Shown: one piece after another, positions 1-8,245 of the stretch | Layout: every line of letters begins with the position of its first letter | How positions within the stretch are numbered: the stretch's first letter is position 1 | Origin: an uncultured virus (IMG/VR IMGVR_UViG_3300009788_000010) | Lineage: Duplodnaviria > Heunggongvirae > Uroviricota > Caudoviricetes | DNA: 20,000 bases | Virus record (IMG/VR): IMGVR_UViG_3300009788_000010 | Strand: one strand, 5' to 3' | Notes under the pieces: model-generated | Told to the model about the DNA's origin: nothing | Databases searched by the model: none | Seen by the model: only the letters and a program-made list of their open reading frames with translations | Made by a program: the position numbers and the translations under genes

Positions 1-499
1 CGATCTCGATGAGGTCCGGGCAGTCGGAGAGGAGGAGCGACTGCTGGCCGTCCGCCGTGAGCTGCGTGAACGCCGCCAGGTCGTAGGTGGTCTTGATGCC
101 GCTGACCATCACGTCAGTCGCAGAGGTCTCATCCGTGAGCGACTCGGCCGGAGTCACGGCGGCGTCGGAGATGACCGTGTCGATCGTGAAGTGCCCGTTG
201 TTGACTTCCAGATTCATCCCTTTCACGAAGATCACGTCGCCGACCGAGATACCGTCAAATGTGCCAGACGGCCCCAAGAAATTCCCAGAGGCAGCGAGAA
301 GCGCGATGCCCACCTTCGGCGGCACCGCGAGCTTCCCGCGGACCGTCGCGTCCACCGAGGTGCCGACAAAGCCGTCGAGCTTCCACGAGAAGCGCGCGCC
401 CACGACGGCCGGGTTCCTGTCGCCGCCCAGCGTGGACCGCACCCGCGCGGTGGTGCCCGCCGGCAGCCCGCCGATGAAGAAATTGCTCTCGACGTACAT
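1..499 (-). CDS. Putative virion structural protein (partial, runs off window); paralog of 757-1128 with an inserted domain
   Basis: Not in ORF track. ATG at 499 with RBS AGGAGGGG, open to the window edge: MYVESNFFIGGLPAG...KLDGFVGTSVDATVRG...YDLAAFTQLTADGQQSLLLSDCPDLIEI. Shares motifs with 757-1128. Confidence 0.75.
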   Translation of the reverse strand, partial: MYVESNFFIGGLPAGTTARVRSTLGGDRNPAVVGARFSWKLDGFVGTSVDATVRGKLAVPPKVGIALLAASGNFLGPSGTFDGISVGDVIFVKGMNLEVNNGHFTIDTVISDAAVTPAESLTDETSATDVMVSGIKTTYDLAAFTQLTADGQQSLLLSDCPDLIEI

Positions 500-508
500 C
501 TTCCCCTC

Positions 509-772
509 CTAGGTTCCGGCCGGCGTCGTCCTGCTCGTGCACGAGAGGCCGCGTTCCGCCATCACCTGTTGCCGGGCTCGCTGCGTCCTGTCCTCGAACC
601 CCATGCCCCACACCTGGTCCTGCATCTCCCACGCGCACAGCTTCGCGTCCGACCACGACCGATGCTGGGTCAAAAGGTAGGCGTGGGAGCAGCCCGCGAG
701 CGCGGCGGCGGCCGCGAGTGCGACCGCCAACCGCGCAGCCCGGGCAAGGCCGCGGGTCAGTTCCGCCAGCAC
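509..772 (-). CDS. Small lipoprotein
   Basis: Basic N-terminus, hydrophobic stretch and lipobox LAGC; overlaps the end of the upstream gene. Exact start uncertain. Confidence 0.65.
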   Translation of the reverse strand: MLAELTRGLARAARLAVALAAAAALAGCSHAYLLTQHRSWSDAKLCAWEMQDQVWGMGFEDRTQRARQQVMAERGLSCTSRTTPAGT

Positions 773-1128
773 ACGATCTCACAGCCGGTCGCGGCCGGGT
801 CGGTGCCGCCGGTCACCCACTTCACCTGGATCACGCGCGGACAGTTCGCGATCACCTTGATCTCCGAACCGGCCGCGGTCAGCTGGGTGAAGGTGGTGAG
901 CGGCACGAGAAAGGTCGTGCCGTCGAGGTTGGTGAGCACCCCCTCCACGGTGAAGTCGAACGTCGGCGAGGTGCCGGAGACGCCCGTCAGCTTCAGGCCG
1001 ACCGTCACGGTGCCGCTCAGGGCCTCGCCCTTCAGCGAGCCCTCGAACGTGCCGACGACGCCCGAGGCGGCGTCCTCGTCGGCCGGGATCGCGGCGTCGT
1101 AGATCGGAATCTCGATGTAGGTCTGCAT
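757..1128 (-). CDS. Putative virion beta-sandwich (decoration/spike-like) protein
   Basis: RBS GAGGGAGGG; Thr/Gly/Val-rich; motif LKLTGVSGTSPTFDFTVEG...FTQLTAAG resembles small phage structural proteins. Function is inference. Confidence 0.7.
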   Translation of the reverse strand: MQTYIEIPIYDAAIPADEDAASGVVGTFEGSLKGEALSGTVTVGLKLTGVSGTSPTFDFTVEGVLTNLDGTTFLVPLTTFTQLTAAGSEIKVIANCPRVIQVKWVTGGTDPAATGCEIVCWRN

Positions 1129-1168
1129 GGTCCGTTCCCTCCCTCGCGGCGCCGCTCCATTGCGGGCC

Positions 1169-1210
1169 CGTTCGCCCCGAAGGGCGGATGAATCGGTTCA
1201 AGATCTTGAA
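1169..1210. promoter_or_regulatory. UUCG hairpin plus 14-bp palindrome (candidate operator)
   Basis: Minus strand CATCCGCCC-TTCG-GGGCGAACG at 1169-1190; perfect palindrome TTCAAGATCTTGAA at 1197-1210, in the intergenic gap ahead of the structural genes. Confidence 0.4.
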
Positions 1211-1220
1211 GACGCGACAG

Positions 1221-1676
1221 TCAATGAGGCCGCCCTGCGACGGACCCGGCCACCGCGGTCGGGCTCTCGGCCCGCCGCTCGCCCTCGAGCCTCTCGGCCC
1301 GCTCGGCCTCGGCCCTCTCGAGCGCCGCGCGCGCGGCCGAGCCCAGATCCGCCCCGCCGCCGTCGGCGATGTCCTCGAGGATCCTCTGGCGGACGGCCAC
1401 CACCGTTCTTACGTCGTGGTCGCCGGGCCGCAGCGGGCAGACGCCGGCGTTGAGGTCGCGGATCACGAGCGCGACGAGGTTCATCGCCGCGTCCCGCCAC
1501 CTCGACGTCTCCGCGACGGACTCCTTCGCTTCCTGCCACGTCTCGGGCGTGGCGCCGCTCAGCCACCGCTTCGCGCCGTCGCGGACGAAGGAGAACAGCT
1601 GGTTCCCGATCCGGTCGACCGCGGCCACCTGCTCCTTGTTCAGCTTCATCGTCTTGCCGCCGCCGTTGACGGGCAT
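1221..1676 (-). CDS. Hypothetical phage protein
   Basis: TGATG overlap with the upstream gene and GGAGG RBS; MPVNGGGKTMKLNKEQ... (alternative start 1649). Confidence 0.65.
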   Translation of the reverse strand: MPVNGGGKTMKLNKEQVAAVDRIGNQLFSFVRDGAKRWLSGATPETWQEAKESVAETSRWRDAAMNLVALVIRDLNAGVCPLRPGDHDVRTVVAVRQRILEDIADGGGADLGSAARAALERAEAERAERLEGERRAESPTAVAGSVAGRPH

Positions 1677-1969
1677 CAGCCGCCGCCTCCCTCGGTGAAC
1701 TGCCCGCGCAGCACCCGCAGCCGGTTCGCCGCCCACGCCGCGTCGCGCGCCTCGGGCCTCGCGGCGACGTACGCCTCCAACCGGGCCAGGCCGGCGTCGT
1801 CGCCCGCGGTCCAGACGCGTTCCGACGGCTGCCCCTCCGGCGGCGGCTGCGGCGTCGCGTAGTCGAGCGCCCGCTCCCAATCCGCCTCGAGGTTGTCCGT
1901 CGACTCGTGCCGCGACAGGCCGAGCCGGCCCCGAAGCTGCTGCACCATTTCCGACTTGGTGGGCATCAT
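1676..1969 (-). CDS. Hypothetical phage protein
   Basis: MMPTKSEMVQQLRGRLG...; start overlaps the upstream stop (GTGATG). Confidence 0.65.
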   Translation of the reverse strand: MMPTKSEMVQQLRGRLGLSRHESTDNLEADWERALDYATPQPPPEGQPSERVWTAGDDAGLARLEAYVAARPEARDAAWAANRLRVLRGQFTEGGGG

Positions 1970-2367
1970 CACGCGGCGTCCGCGTCGGGGCCGTTCGAGG
2001 CCGCGGCGGGCTTGTCGGCCTCGCGCCCCGCCTCCCGCGCCGCTCTCGCGCCGTCGTACGCGCGCTTCAGCGCCCGCACCTCGTCGAGCGTCACAGTCCA
2101 GCCCCTCACGAGGTCGTACGCGCCCCCGAGCGGCGGCAGCCCCATCGCCTCGCGGACCTTGACCATCACGGTCCTCGGCGACGCGGCCTCGGAGTCCGAC
2201 AAGGCGGGCCTCGTCGCCGCGGCGGCGGCCCCCACGCCGGGCGGCTCGCAGTCGTGGCAGACCGCGGAGCCGGCGTCGATCGTGAAGCCCACGGCCGAGC
2301 GCCCGGCCGTCACGAGCGTCCTGCCGCACCGGCGGCATATCGTCGGGAACGTCATCGCTTCCGTCAC
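1969..2367 (-). CDS. Hypothetical protein with N-terminal C4 zinc ribbon
   Basis: GTGA overlap, RBS GGGGAGG; CRRC...CHDC. Confidence 0.65.
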   Translation of the reverse strand: MTEAMTFPTICRRCGRTLVTAGRSAVGFTIDAGSAVCHDCEPPGVGAAAAATRPALSDSEAASPRTVMVKVREAMGLPPLGGAYDLVRGWTVTLDEVRALKRAYDGARAAREAGREADKPAAASNGPDADAA

Positions 2368-2780
2368 AGAACCTCCCCCGCGGCTCCCCGCGCGGTGCCC
2401 CTCAGTTTGGAACCGCTTCCCACGGCCCCGAAGTCGAACTCGCCGCCCGCGGACACGGCGTCCACCGCCGCGACGGAGGCGTCGAACATGCGGCGGGCCT
2501 CGCGGTCCGCCTCCCGCTCCAGCAGCGCCACGATCTCTCGCGGCGGCAGCCCGCAGTCGCCGGGCGCGTAGCCCGCGAGCCCCACGCCGCCGCCCTCCTG
2601 CGCCGCCGTCCAGCCGAGCATCTTCCTGCGTTTGGACGGGTCGCGCGGGCAGACCTCGCGCACCTCGAACCGCCCCTCGCGCCACTTCACCCGGCAGCGC
2701 CACCTCGCGCCGCCGGACTCCACGAGCAGGCTCAGCGTCACCTCGCTGCGCGCCTTGGTCTCGACTATCCTCGGGCTCAT
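2364..2780 (-). CDS. Hypothetical phage protein
   Basis: ATGA overlap, RBS GGAGGAGG; 138 aa of normal composition. Confidence 0.65.
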   Translation of the reverse strand: MSPRIVETKARSEVTLSLLVESGGARWRCRVKWREGRFEVREVCPRDPSKRRKMLGWTAAQEGGGVGLAGYAPGDCGLPPREIVALLEREADREARRMFDASVAAVDAVSAGGEFDFGAVGSGSKLRGTARGAAGEVL

Positions 2781-3112
2781 CGCCCCTCCTCCGCGCGGCG
2801 GCGGCTGTGCTCTTGACTAACTTGAAGGGCTGCTGCTGACCACTCCAGTTGAAAGAGTAGATTGACGCACTCCCGCTCCACCTCGTCCCGCCACGCGTTC
2901 AGGATCTCCGCCGCACACTTCGGGCACTCGCCCCGGCGGATCTGCTTCTCGTAGATGCCGTGCTCCGGCGTGGCGCACGGGAAGCCGAGGCTCTTGACCG
3001 CCAACGCCTGCGCCGACTCGCGGACGGTCGGGGGCGGCTTCCGGCGCGGAGGGTCGCTTGTCAGCACCCGCTTGCGTCTCTGCGCTTTCCACTTTCGCGA
3101 TTCCTCGCTCAT
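2777..3112 (-). CDS. Hypothetical protein with putative zinc site (C...H...CPKC)
   Basis: ATG at 3112 overlaps the upstream TGA; MSEESRKWKAQRR...CATPEHG...CPKC. Confidence 0.65.
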   Translation of the reverse strand: MSEESRKWKAQRRKRVLTSDPPRRKPPPTVRESAQALAVKSLGFPCATPEHGIYEKQIRRGECPKCAAEILNAWRDEVERECVNLLFQLEWSAAALQVSQEHSRRRAEEGR

Positions 3113-3477
3113 CCCCTTCTTCTCCGCGCCAGCGCCGCCAGCACCAACAGCAGCGGCAGCAACGCCCACTGGCCCGGCTCCGGTAGCGGCACGATCACGA
3201 TTGTATTCGATGGGGTGCTGACGCCCTGCTCGTTGTAGGCGGTGGCCATGACCGCCGTTGTCTCCCAGAAGCGTTCCAGGCAGAACACCTGATAGTACGT
3301 CTCACTGATCGCATCGTAGTCGCCGTAGGGCTGCTCCAGGCTGTAACTCGGCATCCCTACGTCTTCCACCTGTACGGCCCCGCTGGTCTGGCGGCTGAAC
3401 GACAGAACGAAGCCCTCGGCCTCGTCGCCGGGCTCGGAGGGGTCGTTCCAGTGGACGAGGATGGGCTTACACGTCAT
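3109..3477 (-). CDS. PEP-CTERM sorting-domain protein with FN3-like body
   Basis: C-terminus VPLPEPGQWALLPLLLVLAALARRRRG (PEP motif, TM helix, basic tail); TAYNEQGVSTPSN resembles the end of an FN3 domain; ATG at 3477 with GGAGG RBS. Confidence 0.8.
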   Translation of the reverse strand: MTCKPILVHWNDPSEPGDEAEGFVLSFSRQTSGAVQVEDVGMPSYSLEQPYGDYDAISETYYQVFCLERFWETTAVMATAYNEQGVSTPSNTIVIVPLPEPGQWALLPLLLVLAALARRRRG

Positions 3478-3707
3478 CGTTGCCTCCATCCCAACGCCGC
3501 CAGCAAGACCAGGCACGGCGCCAGCCCCACGAGGAGCGAAGGCTCCGGCAGCGGCAGCGGGTCGCCGCTGCACGTGATCCACTCCCGCGGCGTCTCCGTC
3601 CACAGGATCCAGTTGTCGCCGGGCAGGGACTCGCACCGGACCGAGTCCGGGAAGTGCTCCTCGCACGGGCCGGGCGGGCTCACGCGAACGCTCCCGTCCG
3701 AAGTCAC
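3474..3707 (-). CDS. Small PEP-CTERM sorting-domain protein
   Basis: GTGA overlap with the terS stop; C-terminus PLPLPEPSLLVGLAPCLVLLAALGWRQR. Confidence 0.7.
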   Translation of the reverse strand: MTSDGSVRVSPPGPCEEHFPDSVRCESLPGDNWILWTETPREWITCSGDPLPLPEPSLLVGLAPCLVLLAALGWRQR

Positions 3708-4309
3708 CGCGCGCCGTGCTCCCTCACCCAGCCGCCCTCGTCTCGCGTGCCGCCGACGCGGAGCACGCCGCTCGAGGTCGTGTCCGGCTCGCGCCGCCCG
3801 TCGCGGTAGCGGTGCGGCCTGCGCCCGCGCAGCAGCGTCGTCATGAGCCCGTCGCTGTACTCCTGGACGTAGCCCACGCGGGCGCCCTTCTGGTAGACGG
3901 GCTTCCTGACGCCCTTCTCCGCGCGGCGCCCCGCCTCCTCCTCGAGCCGGTCGACGTACGCCTCCTCGGCGCTGTCCCACGCCGCCTTGAACTCCTCGTC
4001 GACGCCGCGCCACGCCCACACCGTGGAGCGCCGCACGCCGCACGCGGCCGCCGCCTGCGCCGGCGAGCCCGTCTCCTCCATCTTCTCGCAGAACTTCGCG
4101 ACGTTGGCCGGCGTGCGCCGCGAGGCCTTGCCCGCGCCGTTCCCGAAGCCGCGGCCCCTCGCGTTCTTCTCCCTCGCGTCCTTCGAGAGGCGCTCGCGGT
4201 CCGCCTTGGAGCCGCGCGCGTTGCCGAGGTCGCGGCCGCGCCGCGACGTGCGGCCGCCCGCGGCCTTCTTCCGCCGCGTCGCCTTCTTCTTGGAACGCCT
4301 GACGGCCAT
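3704..4309 (-). CDS. terS: Terminase small subunit-like protein
   Basis: HTH (AAAACGVRRSTVWAWR) followed by DEEFKAAWDSAEE...LEEEAGRRAEKGVRKPVYQKG...EYSDGLMTTLLRGRRP, typical of phage small terminases; Lys/Arg-rich N-terminal tail. Confidence 0.75.
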   Translation of the reverse strand: MAVRRSKKKATRRKKAAGGRTSRRGRDLGNARGSKADRERLSKDAREKNARGRGFGNGAGKASRRTPANVAKFCEKMEETGSPAQAAAACGVRRSTVWAWRGVDEEFKAAWDSAEEAYVDRLEEEAGRRAEKGVRKPVYQKGARVGYVQEYSDGLMTTLLRGRRPHRYRDGRREPDTTSSGVLRVGGTRDEGGWVREHGAR

Positions 4310-4695
4310 CGCGGCCCTCTCGAGGTTGATTGGGATGCGGGCGCGCACGCCTCATCGATCGGCGGCCGGCCACGCGCCTTCCCAACAAGCCGTTTGGCCT
4401 CCGCGCATCACGCGCGCGCCCGCTTCAAATCCAATGGCGTTGCGGGTGCGCGCGCCGAAAGAGGACGACGCGGCTCATGAGAAAGCGGCGCGCCCACGCG
4501 CGCACCCGCGGCAGGCTGAAGCCTAGCTAGGCGTTCCCGCGGGCGCGCCGCACCCGCGAGGGCCGCGCCAACTCCGCGGACGCGAAGGCGGAACGGGCCG
4601 CGGCGCAGCCCAGGCCGGCCGCCCTCGCCCGGGCGCCGGGCGCCGGGCGCCGGGCACCAGGTGAACGTGCCCCGACCGGGGCGCGCTCGGGGCCC

Positions 4696-4854
4696 GGCCG
4701 GATCGACAAACCCCAACGATTACGCGGGCTTGGCCCCCGGGCGCCGGCGTCCGGCTCGGGACACGTGCACCCGTCCCGGGCGCCCGATGTAACTGCCCGA
4801 GCTTGCGGGCGGGGCCGCAAATGGTTGGAATCGCTCGGCTTTGTCGATCCGGCC
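4696..4854. repeat. 15-bp perfect inverted repeat with degenerate extensions
   Basis: GGCCGGATCGACAAA at 4696-4710 and TTTGTCGATCCGGCC at 4840-4854. Confidence 0.8.
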
Positions 4855-5213
4855 CCGGGCGGCGTTACGTCCGGACGCGTTCCGGACGGGGCACCAGGAG
4901 CCGACCTCGAGCGGCCCGGCCCGGGCGGAAAGCGCAGCGGTTACGCGGGGTTGGGGCGATTCGAGGACGGGGCGCAGCCCGACCCGGTCGGGTTTACGGG
5001 CGACGAGCCAGGGCCGGCCCCCCTGGCCAGAGCGGGCTCTGGCGCGAGCAGCGGCCCCCGCACCGGCGCGGGGCGACGCGGGCGCCCTAGAGGGTTCGCA
5101 CCCACCCCTCGCCGCCTGGCCTCGAGCGCCGGGCGCCCTGTCCGCGTCGGCCCGCGTCGGCTCGCGTCGGCCGCCCGAGCGCGAGCTGCGCGCCCGGCGG
5201 CGATGTGCCTGGT

Positions 5214-5382
5214 CCATGTCGATCCACGTCGATCTTCTAGGCGCGGCAGCCGGCCCTAGGAGCCTCGTTGGATCACGTCGATCCACGTCGATCCACGTCG
5301 CGGCCCCGAACGCGGGCAGCGCGCCCCGGAGCCCGTGTTGGCCCACGTAGATCCATGTCGATCCACGTCGATCGGCGTCGAT
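5214..5382. repeat. Nine copies of 10-mer CCAYGTCGAT in three clusters
   Basis: Copies start at 5214, 5224, 5273, 5283, 5293, 5343, 5353, 5363 and 5373 (some degenerate). Confidence 0.85.
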
Positions 5383-6310
5383 CGGGCGCCCGTCCCTCGC
5401 CGAGCGGCGCTCTTGGGAGAGCAGCGCGCCCCTCGTCGGCGCGGGGGCGGCTGCGCGCCCCGCGGATCGAGCGCCCCCCCCGTGCGTGCGCGCTTCCCGT
5501 CCGATCGTCCGAGGCTCGGCGCGCACACCCACCCCCAAAGGGAACGGGCTCTGGCGCGCCCAGGCCGCCCCGCGCTGGTTTGGGAGGCTCGCGGCGCCCC
5601 GCAGCGCGCACACCCACCCCACGCGCGCTCCATGTACGTCCGGGCCGCGTCGCGGCGCGCGACCCGGGCGCGACGCTCTCGAGAAGATGTGCCTGGCCCC
5701 GCGCGAGCGGCGATCCTAGCGTCCACCTTGGAACTCGGCCCTAGCGCGCCGAGGCGGCCCGGGAGGGCGCGCGCCCGAGGCCGGCCCGAACGGCCTCTGG
5801 GCGCCCGTCCTTGGAGCAGCGTGGCCGGCCATCTCCAAACGGGCCTCACGGCGCGACGCGGCGCCCCGCGGGGACGAATCGAGCCCCGGCGCGGGCGCTC
5901 GGGCAGCTTCGGCCGCCTCGAGCGGCGCGCCCCGGCACCAGAATCGGCGCCCGGCGCCTCGAGCCCAGGCCGCCCGGCCCCGGAAACGCGAGCCCCGCAC
6001 GAGCGCCCCTTCCCAATCCGGCCCCGGGAGGCCTTTGGAAGCGTCGCGGGGCCGAATCGACCGTCGGCGCGAGGGGAGGGGGCTCGACGCTCGAGGCCGG
6101 CCGCGTAACCCGACCAGTCGCGGCAGCGCGCCCTAGGGCCGGGGCGCGACGCCTGGGGCCGACAGCGCCTCCCGCGCCGGGCTCCGGCGCGGCCGCGGCG
6201 CGACCGAGGCCGCGAGAGCGCCCCGGAGCCTCGGCGGGCTCCCAACCGGGACGCGCGCCCGCGGCGGGCCGCCACACGTCCTGCGCGGGCAAGGCGCCGG
6301 GCCCTTCGGG

Positions 6311-6480
6311 CGATGTCGGCACGCGCGCAGCCGCTCCCAAACCTCTTGAAGATGTCAACGCGATGTCAAATCGACGGGGCGATGTCAAGCGACGTCGGGC
6401 GATGTCAAATTCGACGGGCCATGTCGGGGCGATGTCGGGCGATGTCGGATTCGACGGGCGATGTCGATTCGACGGCGGGC
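6311..6480. repeat. GATGTC repeats at 10-bp phase; degenerate 40-bp unit x3
   Basis: About 10 GATGTC-like copies. Segments 6361-6400, 6401-6440 and 6441-6480 align, each with GTC-N5/6-GAC. Confidence 0.8.
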
Positions 6481-6492
6481 GAGCAGGCGCGG

Positions 6493-6609
6493 CTATCCGC
6501 CATCGGGGCCCTCTTCGCCGTACCACCATTCGTCGAGGGCCCGCGCGGACAGGGCGACCACGATCGCGCACGAGAGGAAGCCGCAGGCGAACCAGAAAAG
6601 CCCGCTCAC
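6493..6609 (-). CDS. 38-aa membrane peptide
   Basis: GTGA overlap; MSGLFWFACGFLSCAIVVALSARALDEWWYGEEGPDGG. Confidence 0.5.
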   Translation of the reverse strand: MSGLFWFACGFLSCAIVVALSARALDEWWYGEEGPDGG

Positions 6610-7094
6610 GGCGAGAGCGCCTGCCCGACGCGGGCCCTCGCGGACCTGACGAGGGCGCCGCAGTAGTCGCGGTTCCACTTGCGGGCGTGGCGCGGCCAGC
6701 GGCGGCGGCACTCCGCGGCGACGGCCTCGAGCGGCTCGTCGGGCATCTCGACGACGTACAGCCACCAGACGCGCAGCGGCCAGCGGCCGGCGGAGGCGAT
6801 GGCGCTGGAGAGGTCGGCGAGGGCCGCGAGGGGCTCGCCGCGCGACGAGGGCCTGGGCGCGCTCTGGACGAGGCCGCGGGGCACGGCGCCGCGGTGGAGG
6901 CGCCGGGCGGCGCCGCAGCCGGGGCAGAGGTCGTCGCGGAACTCGAGGGGGGAGAAGCACCTCTCGCACCCGGCGGCGCGCCACTCGCCCTCGTCCTCGA
7001 CGAGGTCGCCGCAGCCGCGGGGCGTTTCCAGCCGCAGGCGGAGGCGCGCGTACCTCTCCAGCGCGCCGTCCGCCGAGTTCGCCCGCCTGCCCAC
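6606..7094 (-). CDS. Zinc-ribbon protein, possible late-gene regulator
   Basis: CERC...CPGC plus a C-terminal helical HTH-like segment; last large gene before the terS region (Q/late-activator position). Start uncertain. Confidence 0.5.
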   Translation of the reverse strand: MGRRANSADGALERYARLRLRLETPRGCGDLVEDEGEWRAAGCERCFSPLEFRDDLCPGCGAARRLHRGAVPRGLVQSAPRPSSRGEPLAALADLSSAIASAGRWPLRVWWLYVVEMPDEPLEAVAAECRRRWPRHARKWNRDYCGALVRSARARVGQALSP

Positions 7095-7117
7095 GCCGGC
7101 GCAGGGTAGCGCGTCCG

Positions 7118-7549
7118 TCAGCGGGCGCAATAGGCGCAGAACCCGCCGTCGTCGGCCGCCCGGTTGGTGCACGGGCCTCTCGGGCCGATCGAGCGGCACA
7201 TCGGGCGCCACGCCTGCTCGTTGGCCTCGTCCTGCTCCAGCGCCTGGTCGATGGCGTTCCGCGAGTACAGCCGCTGCGGGCCTTCGGCGGCCGGTTCCGG
7301 CTCCTGCCTCCGTTTGGCCGCGAACCCGCCGCCCGCCAGCTTGGCCGCTATGTACCTGACCGACGCGGCGATGAGCGCCTTGGACGCCTTTTGGACGCAC
7401 GAGACGCAGAACGCCGGCGGCCCGGGCCCGCCTACGTCCCACTCGACCATCGGCGAGCCCGGCGCGACGGGCATGTCGCACGAATCGCAGTCAAGGTGCA
7501 CCATCCGGCCCGGCGTCCGGTCGTGGGCGCTCACGATCCGCAGCCTCAC
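7118..7549 (-). CDS. Double zinc-finger hypothetical protein
   Basis: CDSC...CVSC and a C-terminal C...C...CAYC; GTGA overlap. Confidence 0.65.
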   Translation of the reverse strand: MRLRIVSAHDRTPGRMVHLDCDSCDMPVAPGSPMVEWDVGGPGPPAFCVSCVQKASKALIAASVRYIAAKLAGGGFAAKRRQEPEPAAEGPQRLYSRNAIDQALEQDEANEQAWRPMCRSIGPRGPCTNRAADDGGFCAYCAR

Positions 7550-7746
7550 AGGAGGATGCCCCGGCGCGCCGCCTCACGCTGCTGGTCGAGCATGGCCCGC
7601 AGCGCGGCCTCCCGCAGCGGCGCCAGCCTCCGCTCGTCCGTCCTCCTCCGCCTCAGTCGGTCGCGTTCGCGCCGCGCCGCGAGCCTCGCCTCGCGTTCCT
7701 CGAGCCTCCGCAGCGCGGTCCTGCACAGTTCTTGGATGTCCTTCAC
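7546..7746 (-). CDS. Small coiled-coil protein
   Basis: GTGA overlap, RBS GGAGG. Confidence 0.55.
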   Translation of the reverse strand: MKDIQELCRTALRRLEEREARLAARRERDRLRRRRTDERRLAPLREAALRAMLDQQREAARRGILL

Positions 7747-7994
7747 TTCTCGCCCTCCTCCTCCGGCCGGTCGTAGATCGGACCGGACTTGCCCTGCGCG
7801 ACGACGCGCCGCGGCCTGCCGCCCGGGAACAGCGCCTTGTTGAGGTCCTCGACGCTCATCTTCGTGCGCTTCGTCGGCGTGCGTATGAACCGCCGCTTGC
7901 TCAGCGACTTCCCGGGGTCGCCTCCGCGTCCGATCAACTTCCGCTTCTTATGCGTCGCGCTGCCCGCGTACTCGTATTTTTGCTCGTCGCTCAC
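7743..7994 (-). CDS. Small basic protein
   Basis: GTGA overlap, RBS AGGAGGAGG; MSDEQKYEYAG...MSVEDLNKALF. Confidence 0.6.
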   Translation of the reverse strand: MSDEQKYEYAGSATHKKRKLIGRGGDPGKSLSKRRFIRTPTKRTKMSVEDLNKALFPGGRPRRVVAQGKSGPIYDRPEEEGEK

Positions 7995-8245
7995 GTGCCC
8001 TCCTCCTTGGCCTGCGTCCGCCCGTTTACGTCCTGCTTCGTCACGATGCGCCCGCCGCGGCACCGCTCGCGGTCGTCTTGATGGCTCGCCCACGTCGCGC
8101 CGCAGCCGCGCCTCATGCACCACAGCGCGGCGCCGAACGTGTGGCCCATCGAGAGCGCCTCTCTGTCCGTCTCGGCGAGGGGCCTGTCCACGCGCCCCTT
8201 CGCCTCGCGGGCCGTCTCCGGTTCGCGCGGGCCGCTCGCCGTCAC
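7991..8245 (-). CDS. Hypothetical protein (H/C metal-binding motif)
   Basis: GTGA overlap; H...CMRRGC...H...C. Confidence 0.55.
   Translation of the reverse strand: MTASGPREPETAREAKGRVDRPLAETDREALSMGHTFGAALWCMRRGCGATWASHQDDRERCRGGRIVTKQDVNGRTQAKEEGT

Larger units (their letters stand above)
4310..6492. other. Long non-coding, very GC-rich region upstream of terS (candidate packaging site or genome terminus)
   Basis: Only low-complexity R/A/P/G ORFs; contains repeat clusters and inverted repeats. Confidence 0.55.

Noticed and set aside
509..772. Lipoprotein as an o-spanin
   Set aside because: No i-spanin, holin or endolysin nearby.
4408..6649. Many overlapping ORFs in the GC-rich region
   Set aside because: R/A/P/G low complexity, no RBS or motifs; an artefact of stop-codon scarcity.
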